A DNA stretch of 64,000 nucleotides from Hydrolagus affinis (taxonomy: Eukaryota), in assembly GCA_012026655.1 (NCBI GenBank), contig JAAILG010000270.1, positions 1-64,000 of the forward strand, in the 5' to 3' direction. The position numbers and the translations under genes were made by a program. Below, in pieces: positions 38,251 to 49,908 of this stretch. Below the pieces are notes generated by a model. That model made no database searches, was not told the origin of the DNA, and worked only from the letters and a program-made list of their open reading frames with translations. The first letter of the stretch is position 1. Each line of letters starts with the position of its first letter.

Positions 38251-38552
38251 AATCATTAAAAAAACCTTGCATTTGATATGGTGCTTTTCATGTCTTCCAG
38301 ATGTCTCAAAGTGCTTCTCAGAATAATATAGTGAATTAACTGTATATATGTGGGTGAAACCCAGTAGCCAATTGTGCACAGCAGTGTCCCGCAAACAATC
38401 ATGGATTGAAATGACCAATTTATTACTTTTTTGAGGGATTATTATTAGGTGTGTCGTGTGAGGAAACTTAACCAAGGTTTCACCCTGCCTGGAATTGAAC
38501 TTGGGTCTCTCGCTTATAAAATGAGTGGCTAACCATTGAGCTACAGGACTCC
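38251..38552 (-). mobile_element. Full-length tRNA-derived SINE (main family)
   Basis: Ends CCATTGAGCTACAGGACTCC (antisense head); body and tail match other copies. Confidence 0.92.
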
Positions 38553-38999
38553 ACTTACCATCAAGAGATTTATCCTTAAATGATGCCCCCATTCTGTAAT
38601 TAACCTTTGACCCTCATATTTCTCATTAGTGCATCTAAAGTTATAGACTAAAGTCTCCTTACATGCCCATACTTTTTTAAAATTAGAATTCCCCTCCATA
38701 GAATGGCAGGAATTATTTTATCTTTGCTACTGTACATCACTCACAATGGACATTGAATGCCTACCTGCTGTTATGGTTATTAAACATACAGCAATACAGT
38801 ATATGGTACATAAAATGTTCCAATGTGTGCACAAGAGGACAACTTACATTTCTGTACTGCCATTTTCTAAAGATTTTTCTAAATTCTGCATGGTTCAATC
38901 AGAGCACAATGCAGAGATTCACAAGGAGGTCTAAATGCCCTGATACAGGACACTTTGGCTTTTCAATCTGTTTCAGATCTCACTCCTTCCTAATTCCCT

Positions 39000-39247
39000 T
39001 TTCTTCGACCCTTTGTTTTCCTTATAGGCTCATCTTTACTCCATCTCAGAGTCCATCTACCTCACCCCTCTATACCCCCACCCTCTCAAAAACCACCTTG
39101 AGATCTATCTTTTCGACTACACTGTGCTCACCTCCCCCCCCCCTCCCCCCACAGCCCAGACACCCATTTGGCAGTGTGAGGCACTTAGAGATCACCTCCC
39201 GACATGATAGGCACTATATCAATATAAATTGTTGTTATTATTATTGT
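39000..39247 (+). mobile_element. L2 3' end fragment
   Basis: CTCAAAAACCACCTTGAGATCTATCTTTTCGAC (LKNHLEIYLFD), C-rich UTR, tail GATAGGCACTATATCAATATAAATTGTTGTT. Confidence 0.75.
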
Positions 39248-39984
39248 AGGGCCTCTTAGTACTCTCATTCAGATTTTGATCATTGTGAAGGTTCCACTGC
39301 ACATGCTCATTATCACAACCTGTTCCTCCTGACCAGCATTCGAATCCTATTGCTGCTTTTGCTTATTACCTGCCTGTTAGTCACAATCCTGTGCAGGAAC
39401 ACAGGCTGGTTTGACACTTGATGGACTTGCTGATTTGCCATTCCGCTTTCTGAAAACATTTGAGCTACCAGTGGTATGTCTAATGGATGGGTGATCAAGT
39501 TTCAATAACTTCAATATTATGCCATCATTTTGGTCAATTTATTTTTTTCTCATGCCTCATCTTAATGTATAAATGCATTTCTGGATGTGGTGACATTGTT
39601 TACTTTGGGAAGTGTAGACAATTACAGTGAATATTGCACTGGCACAGTTTGACATAATAGATCTTTTCTCAACTAGCATTGGATGAGTCAACTTTCACCC
39701 TATCTGGAGCTGAAGATGAAGGGATCTCACATATTTTTTGTGCTGTGAACTCAATCTGGAAATTGGGCAAGGCATCTTCAGTAGGTATCTATGTTATTAA
39801 CTTTTATGAACCATCACATTAAGCAGTATGTTTCACATCGCTAAACTATTGTGTGTTTTATTTGAAAGCATCGAGTCAAAAATGTGGGTTTGGTTGACAA
39901 CTGGCGTGCAAAATATGCAGCTTTTGTTGACAATGTGCAAATGAACACAAGTGCCTCAATTATATGATAACCAATATAGAACCA

Positions 39985-40380
39985 AGGATTACAGAATCAC
40001 ACAGTCAATCCTAACCTGATCCTCTTCCTATTCCCATGCATGTTCATCTCCACCAGGAATTGCTAGTTAGTGAACAGAAGACTGAAATCCCAGTCAGCAT
40101 TCCATTTTGCAGCTTTGCAGATGCATGATTATAACTCATTAGAGTCCAACATCATCAATGTTATGACATGGAAGACCAAAGGGAATTTCAGCCCACAAGA
40201 GCAATAACCCTGGCTGGTTTCCTTTGTCTAACTCTGGGGCACAGTGGATAATTGTAGCACCCCTACTGCACCTTGGTTGAGATCAACTAAATCAACACCG
40301 ATAAGGATCAAAGGTGGAATCTCCCCCAGCCTGTGTAACGTAGCTGTACCCTACAGAACTCACTGAGCCATCAATGGAAA
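39985..40380 (-). mobile_element. AmnSINE2-like SINE, degraded
   Basis: ACCCTGGCTGGTTTCC...GGGGCAC...AATTGTAGCACCCCTACTGC...TGAGATCAACTAAATCAACAC...CACTGAGCCA, antisense to the 16035-16420 family. Confidence 0.6.
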
Positions 40381-41849
40381 TATTAATAATAGTTTATAGC
40401 TGCCATATAGAAATCACTTTTAAACAAAATACCTACCACCTAAATATAAAAACTCAAGAGTGTAAAGGATTGAAATAGACCATTGTGGTCCGTCTGACAG
40501 ATTTCAATTGAATATACTAAACAGGTTCGGGCTGCAAAAAGAAAAGCCCAATTTCAGCAAGGGTCAGATTTTGAAACTGAACTATAATATTCATTCAACT
40601 ATAACATATACAGTCTATAATATTGCATATAAATAGACACCAAATTGTTAATGTCAGGAATGTGGATGGAAGTATCTATTATTAACCGCTCCTTAACTGC
40701 ACAGGTGAGATTCTTTCAAAAAGATGTTGAACTGTGGAAGGCAGCTGCCTGGATAGTTGCACATCACGTTGCCAATTGAAACCCCAGCAGATCTCACAGG
40801 GGCAGAGCTGCAGCATATCTTCCCTTATAATTGAACTGGGCTTTGAGATTTCTTTGTCTTGATATATCCCTTAATGCACAGTCTCCAGCCATCAGCGGAG
40901 TGCATGACGGGAAAAATCCCGTTACCCCATTCAGTAGTGCCAAGTGGACAGGATCAAGTAGGGCTGGGACTTGGGAATGGCAGAAATATTGGCAGGTAAG
41001 TAATCAGAACTAGGCACATGACAGACACAGAGCAGGTTGTTTAGTTCCCAGGCCTCATTTACAATATGTCTGTTCGAAAGAGTTCCCAATCTCCCTCAAG
41101 CAGAAGTTGTAGCAATGATCTAAATTAACTAGAAAAATAAATCCACATGATACAGGTTTTGATATCTCATTAACAGGCAGACTTGCTCCATATATCTGCT
41201 TGATGTGAAAGACCATGTCTAAATGGAATTAAGGCTAAAATTACTGATACAACAAGAAAATTGCCAGTGACTATAAATACTTGAAAACAACTAACTACTT
41301 TCAGAAGCCCAGTTGTCCACATTAGACCTGTTCAGAGAGAGCTGTACTTGTGGGCTCCTCAGCTATTTTAATGACACCTCTTGTGCATAAGAAATTAATT
41401 AATATTCCTATGAGCACACGTTGCTCAGACTCATTAATCAATAAGTGCTTGTTCTTCTACACAATAACAATTACCATACTGGATAATTAATTTTTTTTCC
41501 ATTTGACTTTCTACCCGAGCTCCCACAGCTTAAGTTACTTGACATCAGACCTCTTATTTAGTTAAGACATTTTTTTGTCCCTTTAACTCTCTTCCTCTGT
41601 TTGCTATGGAAGTCAGAATGAGGCAGGGTTTTACTGACTGAAAATGAGCAGACTGAAAAGTTAACATGGTGCATCGTAGTGAATTAATAGGTCACCACAC
41701 CAGATTACTCTCTCAAAGAGACATACAGAAAGCTATACATTGACAATGAATGTCCCATATAATCTTTAAAAGATGAGCAGAATTAGTTGTGATATGTGTA
41801 AAGGGTTTTAATTCAAAGCACAGGTAATTACAGTAATTGATTGAGTCAA

Positions 41850-42109
41850 TAGCAACGGGCGCGAGCAGCCTTGAGGGCAGGCCATTAAAAGTGAATTCAA
41901 CCTAACGTGTTGGCGGGGCGTGAACGGTGCCCATCTGATTGACGTGAGTGGCGACCAACGGGACGCCAGGTTGACATGACTGGCGGGGACTGTTAGCCAA
42001 TAAGTGTTTAGAGGGGGTGGGAGTTCAGGTACTATCCCCCCCCCCCCCACCCCCCCAACCGTTGTAGTCTAGACAACCGCCTAGTTCGCCTAAGTTAGCG
42101 CCAGCCCTG
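41850..42109. mobile_element. hAT-like MITE right end, CpG-rich
   Basis: Ends CCGCCTAGTTCGCCTAAGTTAGCGCCAGCCCTG (reverse complement CAGGGCTGGCGC..., a CAGGG-type hAT terminus); matching left end and TSD not found. Confidence 0.5.
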
Positions 42110-42680
42110 CATGCACAAAGTGTGCTCACCGCAAGTGTCCCAGATGGCTACGGTATGATATCCGCTTGCTGGAATGGTGAATTGTATTGGAAGATACCGG
42201 TTGGTTGAGTATGCCATTTGGTTGGGTACCGGATAAACAAGGTTTTAGTGTACTAGGTGCAATTTTCTTAGTGGGCCCGTCAATGATTATTAGTACTTTC
42301 ATGCATGTGATCCAAGTTGGAAGCGAGACTCCCTCTCTTTATCCGGACCGGTACATAGTGTGCGCTGAATCACTGCACTATTAGCTACATGACATAAACA
42401 TTATGGCCGCGCCGTATGCTTATTTTTCGGTCAAATTATATCTGCCAACAAATGAGCATATTTCTTTTGTGAATGAGTCCAAATTTTATTTTATGCAAAA
42501 ATTAACTTTCAGTAGGTGCGATGCCTCTTTAGCGGGCCGCGTGCTCCGCCGGGCTGGGGAGAGCTATATTTCGCTATATTAAACAAAAGACAAGAGCACA
42601 CTTAAATCCTCCCATTTCGATGATTTTTTGCATTACTTTGGGGGTCCGCAATAGAAGAAATGGCAGTCATTAAACTAATA

Positions 42681-43400
42681 CAGTAAAAGCCCATTTATCG
42701 GCACCCACGGGACCTGGCCAATGCCAAAGTTCGTTTTGGCATTGGCCAGGTCCCAGGTGTGTTCTTTTAACACACACCATACACACCAGACTAAATAATA
42801 ACAAATAATAACAGAATATTGTATTGATACTTATTGTTAAAACTACTCTCTTGTGCTTCTCACCTTTACTGGTTGAGGTTTACAGACAAGTGATTCTTTT
42901 TTAAATGGAGGACGCCAAGCGGGAGAAAAAAACGGCAGCACGACTTTAAAGTCGCGCGACTTTACTAGTGGCAAGACGATAACCCTATACTCTACTAACG
43001 GCAAACCAAAATACTGCACCTGCGCGACAATGTGGATTATCGGCTAGGGTTATTGGCTTGCTGTTAGTATGGCTTTAAAATCGTGCTCCGTTTTTTTCAC
43101 CCGCTTGGCATCCTCCATTTTAAAAAGAATGCTGGACTATAAACCTCAACCGCAGCATCATGGCTTCAAGTGCAGCATCTACCAATAAAGGTGAGAAGCG
43201 GAAGAGAGTAGTTTTAACAATAAGTACCAAAGTACCAATACAATATTCTGTTATTATCTGTTATTATTTATGCATTTACAAATGCTCCACCGCTATTGTT
43301 CCAGATAAGTTCTGGTTTATCGAATGGGTACCTTTTTTTTGGCGTGCCAGTTATACGGAAGTGCCGGTTCATTGAGTCATGGATAAATGGGCTTCTACTG
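42681..43400. mobile_element. Tigger/pogo-derived non-autonomous fold-back element
   Basis: TIRs CAGTAAAAGCCCATTTATC / GATAAATGGGCTTCTACTG (1 mismatch in 19), TA on both sides; transposase-like N-terminus MASSAASTNKGEKRKRVVLTISTK at 43160; long internal inverted arms. Confidence 0.9.
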
Positions 43401-43423
43401 TAATTTGTTTCTGTCTTCACTTT

Positions 43424-43822
43424 AACAACAACAACAACTTCGATTTATATAGCGCCCTCCACGCCAGACGGCGTCTCAGAGCGCTTCTCAGTAGTGGATC
43501 CTGGGACTGAGCCAGGGGCAGGGGCAGGAAGGTGACCAAAAGCTCGGTCGAAGAGAAAGGTCTTCAACTGTGACCTGAAACTGGGAAGAGAGTGGGCGAG
43601 GCAAAGCGAGTGAGGAAGGGAGTTCCAGAACCTCGGGGCGTGGAGGGTGGAGCAGAGGATTCGGGGGACATGGAGGAGGCCAGACCCAGAGCAGCGAAGG
43701 CAGCGGGTGCTGGGTTGTGGGGAGAGGAGATCAGAGAGATGGGGGGTGCAGAGGAGTGGAGAGATTTGAAAACAAGGGTGAGAATCTTGAAGTCGATCCT
43801 CTCTGGGATAGGGATCCAGTGA
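43424..43822 (-). mobile_element. L2 LINE 3' fragment
   Basis: Minus strand HWIPIPERIDFKILTLVFKSLHSSAP; tail AACAACAACTTCGATTTATATAGCGCCCTCCACGCCAGACGGCGTCTCAGAGCGCTTC. Confidence 0.9.
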
Positions 43823-43833
43823 AGTCTGGCACT

Positions 43834-43960
43834 TTAGAAGACACTGAAAACTTAACTAAAACAGCGGGGAATCAAGAGGCTAATGTTAGTAAGGAAATTA
43901 AAGAAATTTATGTCAGTAGAACATTACTACAAGAGAAATTGATGGGACTAAAATCTGATT
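43834..43960 (+). mobile_element. CR1 ORF2 internal fragment
   Basis: LEDTENLTKTAGNQEANVSKEIKEIYVSRTLLQEKLMGLKSD resembles the CR1 segment preceding the KSPGPD motif. Confidence 0.7.
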
Positions 43961-43962
43961 GT

Positions 43963-44030
43963 GGAGTCCTGTAGCTCAGTGGTTAGAGCATTCATCTTCC
44001 AAGAGAAAGACATGGGTTCGATTCCAGGTC
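43963..44030 (+). mobile_element. tRNA-derived SINE head with A and B boxes
   Basis: GGAGTCCTG-TAGCTCAGTGG (43972-43982) ... GGTTCGATTCC (44015-44025); the normal SINE body is absent downstream. Confidence 0.85.
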
Positions 44031-44316
44031 GGCGGCCTGGGGGGTGGAGTCAGTCGGCAGAGATTTACCTAAGATTACCAGAGGCCCCTCCCTCCCTGCC
44101 TGCGTCACTACGGATCCCCAAACAGCTGATCGCTGGCACATGTTTGCTCATTCATACAATTCGACTTTAGAAACTTTCAAAAAATATATAAAAAGGCGCA
44201 AACGCGTGCCAGTGATCAGCTGTTTGGTGACGCGGCATGACACAGGCAGGGAGGGAGCGCCCACTCTGGTACGGAAGTTACGGTTGATCGGGTCACGGAT
44301 AAACGGGCTTTTACTG
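44031..44316. mobile_element. Tigger-family fragment with internal inverted repeat and one TIR
   Basis: Ends CGGATAAACGGGCTTTTACTG-TA, homologous to 43350-43402; imperfect arms at about 44077-44150 and 44196-44270. Confidence 0.8.
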
Positions 44317-46299
44317 TACATCTAAATGTTTAATGCAAAGGTCCATTGTTCAGCCCCATCACAAGCACTTTGTGCTTTTACAGTAGTTGGAAATACTTAA
44401 ACAATTTCCTTATAAGCACATCAGGAAATCATAATGTGCAATTTTAATACAACAGGAATAAATTAACTGCTGACACTATACTGACAATATTGAAAAGTTT
44501 CATTTCTGGATAACATTTTATGCCATTACTTTATTTTAAAAATAAAAGATTTTAACCTATCAAATCAGAAAAAAAAAGTTTGAAAATAGAATCAGGAGGA
44601 AATGTTCAGAACTTTCCTTTGTGCTATTTTGTCCTCTTTTTGCTGTCTTCTCAGTTTGCCATAGTAGGAAAAACAGCTCAGAAAAACAAATATTATTCAC
44701 ATTTACAGTCAATGCCAATCTTCTGCCAAGACTCCCAAATGTACATTTGTACTGCACTCTAACGTTGGTTCATAGCTTCCAAAACCTTTCTGTCTTGAAA
44801 GGATTGAGGATAAAATAAACACACGCAAGAGAGCATTGTACAATATTTGAAAGTTTAAGTCTATGTCTGACTAAATAGCTCCTGAACCTTATTTCTGGTA
44901 CAGTTGCCTTGAATCGTATGCTGCTTACAATATGCTGAATTATCTCTCTTGTTTAGAAAAAAATATTGAAGTGAAATTTTACAACTGGCTTTCATAACTA
45001 CAGAATATATTTAAAAGCACAAACATCAAAATCTTGGTATGGAAAAAAGCATATATTTTCTTATTGGTCTACAACTACGAGAGGAAAAACCCTCTTTATA
45101 TATAAAAAAAACAAGAGCTGTCACTTTGTATATGGAGGGGAAGAAATTCCTGTGTTTATATCTGTGGAAATGTCAATATCTCTAAAGGTAGTTTTACGGT
45201 TCATTCATACACTAATAAGAAATCATTACACTTTTTAAAACTTATTGACAATTGCACAGAGGCATTTAATGGAGGAAAAGGCTTTTTTGCAGTTCGTTAG
45301 GTTGCGCATTCTAAATTGACTCTTCAGAATAGCTGAGTATCAAGCACCAAACGCATTTGAAGTAGAAGAACACCAAATCAGGCATACCAGAACAATAAAG
45401 CCACCATTTTTGGCAGTTTTCAAGTTGAGCACATAAAAACACTGACAGGAAAAATTGTGCATGGTAAATTATTTATTATTTAATACCCTGTAAATTTTTA
45501 CAAAACTTGTCCAAAAGATTGAACTTCACGGTGTGCTGTTAAATGTGCTGTGTGTCATCTCTGATGGGCCAATGTATTTTACTTTAACTATAATTAAAAA
45601 CAATGGCTAAAGTGGATGTACAATGTTAAGTTAAAGGCAAAGCACCATCCCTATAAACAGCAGAATCATGGAATGAATATATTAATAATAATGAATGCTA
45701 AAGTGCACACCATGGGTTTTATACTTCCAGATAGTATTCTTCATGTTGCAGAAGACAAGAGCTTTGGTTATAAAAATTTAAGGCACTGAATATTACTTCA
45801 GAGGATTGGATGCAAAATATGTAAGCAGCAGACAAGCAATATCTGTCTAGCAACGAGTCATAATAGAGAACAGCAACATTATCAGTTGTGCTTGTCGACA
45901 TTCCATAAAACTTTAATTTAACTTGAAGCTAGGGAGACGAAAATGATGATTAATATGCTGAATAAAGACCAGATAATGTCTTTTGGTTCAGAATGTGGTG
46001 CCAGGATCGTTCAGTACCAATTTGCAAATACTTGCACTTACACATTGTAGCTGTATACATATATGCAATAAAAATAAACACATGAATCATTTGATATAAA
46101 CCCCAGGCACAAAGCTTAAGGAGTTTGAATACTGTTGTAATTTAATGTCCTACCACATTTATTTTTAAAATTGTATTAAGAAGGAATATTGATTATCTTC
46201 AAGAAATGTATTTCTCTTGCATTTCACATTCAAAGCAGTTAAAAGGAGCAAATAAAAATGCTTTGTTATATACAGTAGTACAATAGGAAATATTTCTAT

Positions 46300-46580
46300 G
46301 AAAATTAGGGGAGTCAGTAACCAGGGGACGTAGGTATAAAATAGCACAAGAAGAGTGAAAAGAGAACTAAGGAGGATTTGTTTTACTCAGAGAGTGGCTG
46401 AGATGTGGAATGGAATGCTCTGCCAAATAGGGTGGTGTAGGCATATTCCACTGTAGTTTTTAAGAGGGAGGTGGACAGGTATTTGGAGGTGAGGGGCTTG
46501 AAGGGTGATATGCGTTCTGTGAGCCAGTGCAGGCTTGATAGTCCGAATGGCCTTCTGTCATCCTATAGATTTCTGTGTTT
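46300..46580 (+). mobile_element. CR1 LINE 3' end
   Basis: TRGRRYK..., FTQRVAEMWN..., FKREVDRYL motifs; ends GTCCGAATGGCCTTCTGTCATCCTATAGATTTCTGTG. Confidence 0.85.
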
Positions 46581-46719
46581 GTAATACTAGCTGTAGATAA
46601 GATTACATTTTTTTTTTTTTTACCAATTCTTAACATAGAAATTACCTGATCACAATCTTGCATTTTGTGGGCAAAAAATATTCTATTTATTCTAATATTA
46701 ATCCTAGAAGATATGAAAA

Positions 46720-46870
46720 GATAGAGTGCTTTTCACGTCTTCTAGATGTCTCAAAGCGCTTCACAAAATATGCTGTAAAGTGAATTGACTGTATATTTGT
46801 GGGCAAAATGCGGCAGTCAATTGCGCACAGCAGTGTCCCACAAACAGTCGTGGATTGATGTGACCGAATT
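46720..46870 (-). mobile_element. SINE 3' half (main family)
   Basis: GCTTTTCACGTCTTCTAGATGTCTCAAAGCGCTTCAC...CAGCAGTGTCCCACAAACAGTCGTGGATTG. Confidence 0.9.
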
Positions 46871-47739
46871 ATCTAATTTATAGTTGCAGCATTCATGAAT
46901 AGTGCCATTTTTCCCATCAGGACTTGACTGTATATCATGCTTGTTCTTACAAATGGCATGGAAATATGAATGTTACGCAAAACTACCTGTTGAAGCAGTT
47001 TAGTGGTAATTGCAATTTTTCTCAATACCAAATACTCATTTGGCTGATAAATAAATAAATGTACGCTCATTCAACATGAAAGCCTCAAATACATGAAGTC
47101 TGCAGCTTTCTCTGCTTCAAATATTTGACAATCGATTCCCTATATGCTGGAAGTAGAAGCAGTAATTATCAGCCTAGACCAACTCATTGATTAGGGCCTC
47201 CACAGGAGAGTAAGCACTGACTAATCATTATTTATTCCTCTAGGGGTTTATCATTTTTGTAGTAATTGTTTTTCTTTAAAGTTTACTCAGCCAGAAAGCA
47301 AACTTTTCATTTTGGATCTAAAACAAATGCACAATTTTGCCCCTGCCTAAATCAAAGTGTTTTGTTTGCTTGTGAAGTAATTATTTGCTTTTCAGTTTTA
47401 AATCATTTGGTTTGACTGGAAATATAACAGTTACATAAATATCGTGCATCCTCCTTACAAATGAGCAATACTGAACATGCAGGAGCTCAGTGGATTGCAA
47501 CTGAGGATATATCCAGAAGTAGAACAAGATTGTGGATTTCATCTTTCAGCTATATTTGTTCTCCTCAGCTGCAGCCTACTGGAATCTCACCAAATTACTA
47601 TTGCTAGTTTTAAACAACAACAACAAAAGTAAACAAAATAATCCTCCCTGCAATTTTCTCTTCTGCAGATCACCCACGCAGCCATATTATTTCTGTGTGA
47701 TCCTAGAATTTTCTGCGTCAGCCTTTCTGCCCCCACTGT

Positions 47740-47910
47740 CTTATGGAGCCCCTCCGCCTCAGCCCCTCCTTTACCTCCTTCAATACCCTTCCTCTTTGAC
47801 CATGCCTTTGGTCATGTTCCCTTGTCCGCCAACCCTCTTGACTCCAGCCCCCACCTTGGGTGCTAAACATTCACTGTCCAGCACCTTGGGAAGTCCACCT
47901 GATATGAAAT
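47740..47910 (+). mobile_element. L2 3' fragment
   Basis: CCCTTCCTCTTTGACCATGCCTTTGGTCA...AAACATTCACTGTCCAGCACCTTGGGAAGTCCACCTGATATGAAA parallels 2570-2700. Confidence 0.7.
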
Positions 47911-48090
47911 ACCCCGCTGGGAGCAGTTGTTGAGCAGAATCCATAATAGCTTTAAGAAAGGGAACTAAATAAATGCCCAAAAAGGAGACAACCACAGAGT
48001 TCTGGGGTAAATGGTACTGAAGGGATTGCACTTAAGAGCCAGCTTAGACATGATGGACTGAATGGGCTTTTACTGGGGGGTTTTTGTGCT
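47911..48090 (+). mobile_element. CR1 3' fragment
   Basis: GAGCAGAATCCATAATAGCTTTAAGAAAGGGAACTA...GAGCCAGCTTAGACATGATGGACTGAATGGGC. Confidence 0.65.
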
Positions 48091-48119
48091 GGCTCACACT
48101 GCGTGAAATGTCCAGAATT

Positions 48120-48260
48120 TCTCTATAGTGCTACTAGGTATTGTTACTCCAGTGAAGATCAGCTAAATCAGCAGAGATCAAGGGCAGAACATTGAACCTT
48201 CCTAATCTGTACATCTCGGTTACGTAGGGCAATCTGCTGACAGACTGAGCTGTCAGAGGA
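48120..48260 (-). mobile_element. AmnSINE2-like 5' fragment
   Basis: GATCAGCTAAATCAGCAGAGATCAAGGGCAGAACATTGAACCTTCCTAATCTGTA...ACTGAGC, antisense to 16090-16150. Confidence 0.5.
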
Positions 48261-48629
48261 GGTATGGTTGTACATTTTAAAAGAATATTTAAATATTTTA
48301 TGGAAAATTTTAGAAAACGTTTTCTTAATGTCTGTGGACTCTGGTGGGAATCTGCTGCAGCTCATCAGTGCCAGAGGCTGCAGGATAAAACTTCAGTTTT
48401 CATAATTCTACTACCGTGTTGGGATTCCCGAAAATATTTTACACCATAAAACAATATGAGCGCGGAATTTCAGGCAGCAATAATACATTTACCGTTCCTG
48501 ATTGCTGCCTCGCACTGGCCTACAGTACAGTGTGTAATGTCCTGAATTTGTTGTACTTGCTCCTCGGCTTAAGAACAAAATCATAAATAGCAAAATTCAA
48601 AATAGGGAGTATTGATGTCTGATAATATG

Positions 48630-49015
48630 AATAATCATCCTTACATTTATAGCACCTTTCACCATGGGAAGAATTACTATAATTATAGTGATTGTGTATT
48701 TTGTTGGCAAACATGGTGGTTAATTTTGTGCAGAACAATGTCCCACAAACAACCTTGAAGAAATGACCAATTTTATGTGGGGGGTTGGTGGCCAGGACAC
48801 CAGGAGAAATTCCTTCGTACAGTTATTATCAAATAGTACCATGAGATTATTAATATCCACTTGAGCTGGCAGATTGGACCTGAGTTTACTATCTCATCTG
48901 ACAATGCAGCATTCCCCCAGCATTATTTTGGACTGTCAGCCTCAACTGTGAGCTCAAAGTCCCATCATGGGACTCAAAACCCTAAACTTCCAATTCAGAG
49001 ACAATAAAATGCTGA
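48630..49015 (-). mobile_element. DeuSINE/SacSINE-like ancient SINE, near full length
   Basis: GGCCAGGACACCAGGAGAA...AAATAGTACCATGAGAT...TCCACTTGAG...GCAGA...TCTCATCTGACAATGCAGCATTCCC...TGTCAGCCT follows the recalled antisense Deu-domain consensus. Confidence 0.75.
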
Positions 49016-49242
49016 TATTTACGAAATCAGTGTTGTATAATTGCACTAAATAATTAATGCAATCATAAAAAAAATTATGCAATGAACTTCTTTGGCAAAT
49101 AGCAAATTACAGTATTTACAGAGTAAGAAATTGCAAACATTTTCTATACCAATATAATCTTTTAAAAAAAAACTGTTGTGCGTCATCATTAGCAAAAGGT
49201 AAAGCTACATTACAAATGCAGAATAAAAAGTTCATGGAGAAT

Positions 49243-49306
49243 CAACAACAACAACAACTTTGATTTATATTGCGCCCTCCATGCCAGACGGAGTCCCAGA
49301 GCGCTT
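49243..49306 (-). mobile_element. L2 3' tail fragment
   Basis: CAACAACAACTTTGATTTATATTGCGCCCTCCATGCCAGACGGAGTCCCAGAGCGC, same type as 43424-43490. Confidence 0.85.
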
Positions 49307-49851
49307 GAATCATGACCAAAACACAACACAGTACAATACCGTAAAGTGCAGGACTTTATTTGAGTAAATTAGATCTCATTTCAAACAGAAATCTAACGTA
49401 ATCTCAAAATGGATACTCTGGTCAAGTTTGGCTTTGCATCGTGTAGCTGGAAACTACGTTTAAGCCGAATCTTCTCTGAGATTAGGTAAGGAGTGTAGGT
49501 CACTCCATGGAGAGAGTGTGTATTCCATTCCAGACACAAGGACATTTCCCTGTGCTGGTGGCATGCATATTTTGGAAGAGTGTGTTGCCATTTTCCTCTC
49601 CAATCAATCACACATTCAGTGTGTTCAGAGCAGGTAAAATAAGTAACGTTTTCTGGTTGATTCGGTTGAATTTCATGGGCACAAGTCAGTTTGGACCAAA
49701 TCACACATTTGCACTTAATAACCGTCAAGTGTGATTCATCTGTTCAATGGAGTATGCTTTGAAAAGTGAAAAATTGCACTGCTGGGAACAAACTAACCCA
49801 AGCTGTGTCCGATCTCACAGCAAGTGAGAGGAGTGGGAGCTCAGGGCATAT

Positions 49852-49907
49852 ACAACAACAACAAAATTACATTTGTATAGCGTCTTTCACGTCAGGAGGA
49901 CGTCCCA
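49852..49907 (-). mobile_element. L2 3' tail fragment
   Basis: CAACAACAACAAAATTACATTTGTATAGCGTCTTTCACGTCAGGAGGACGTCCCA. Confidence 0.85.
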
Positions 49908-49908
49908 G

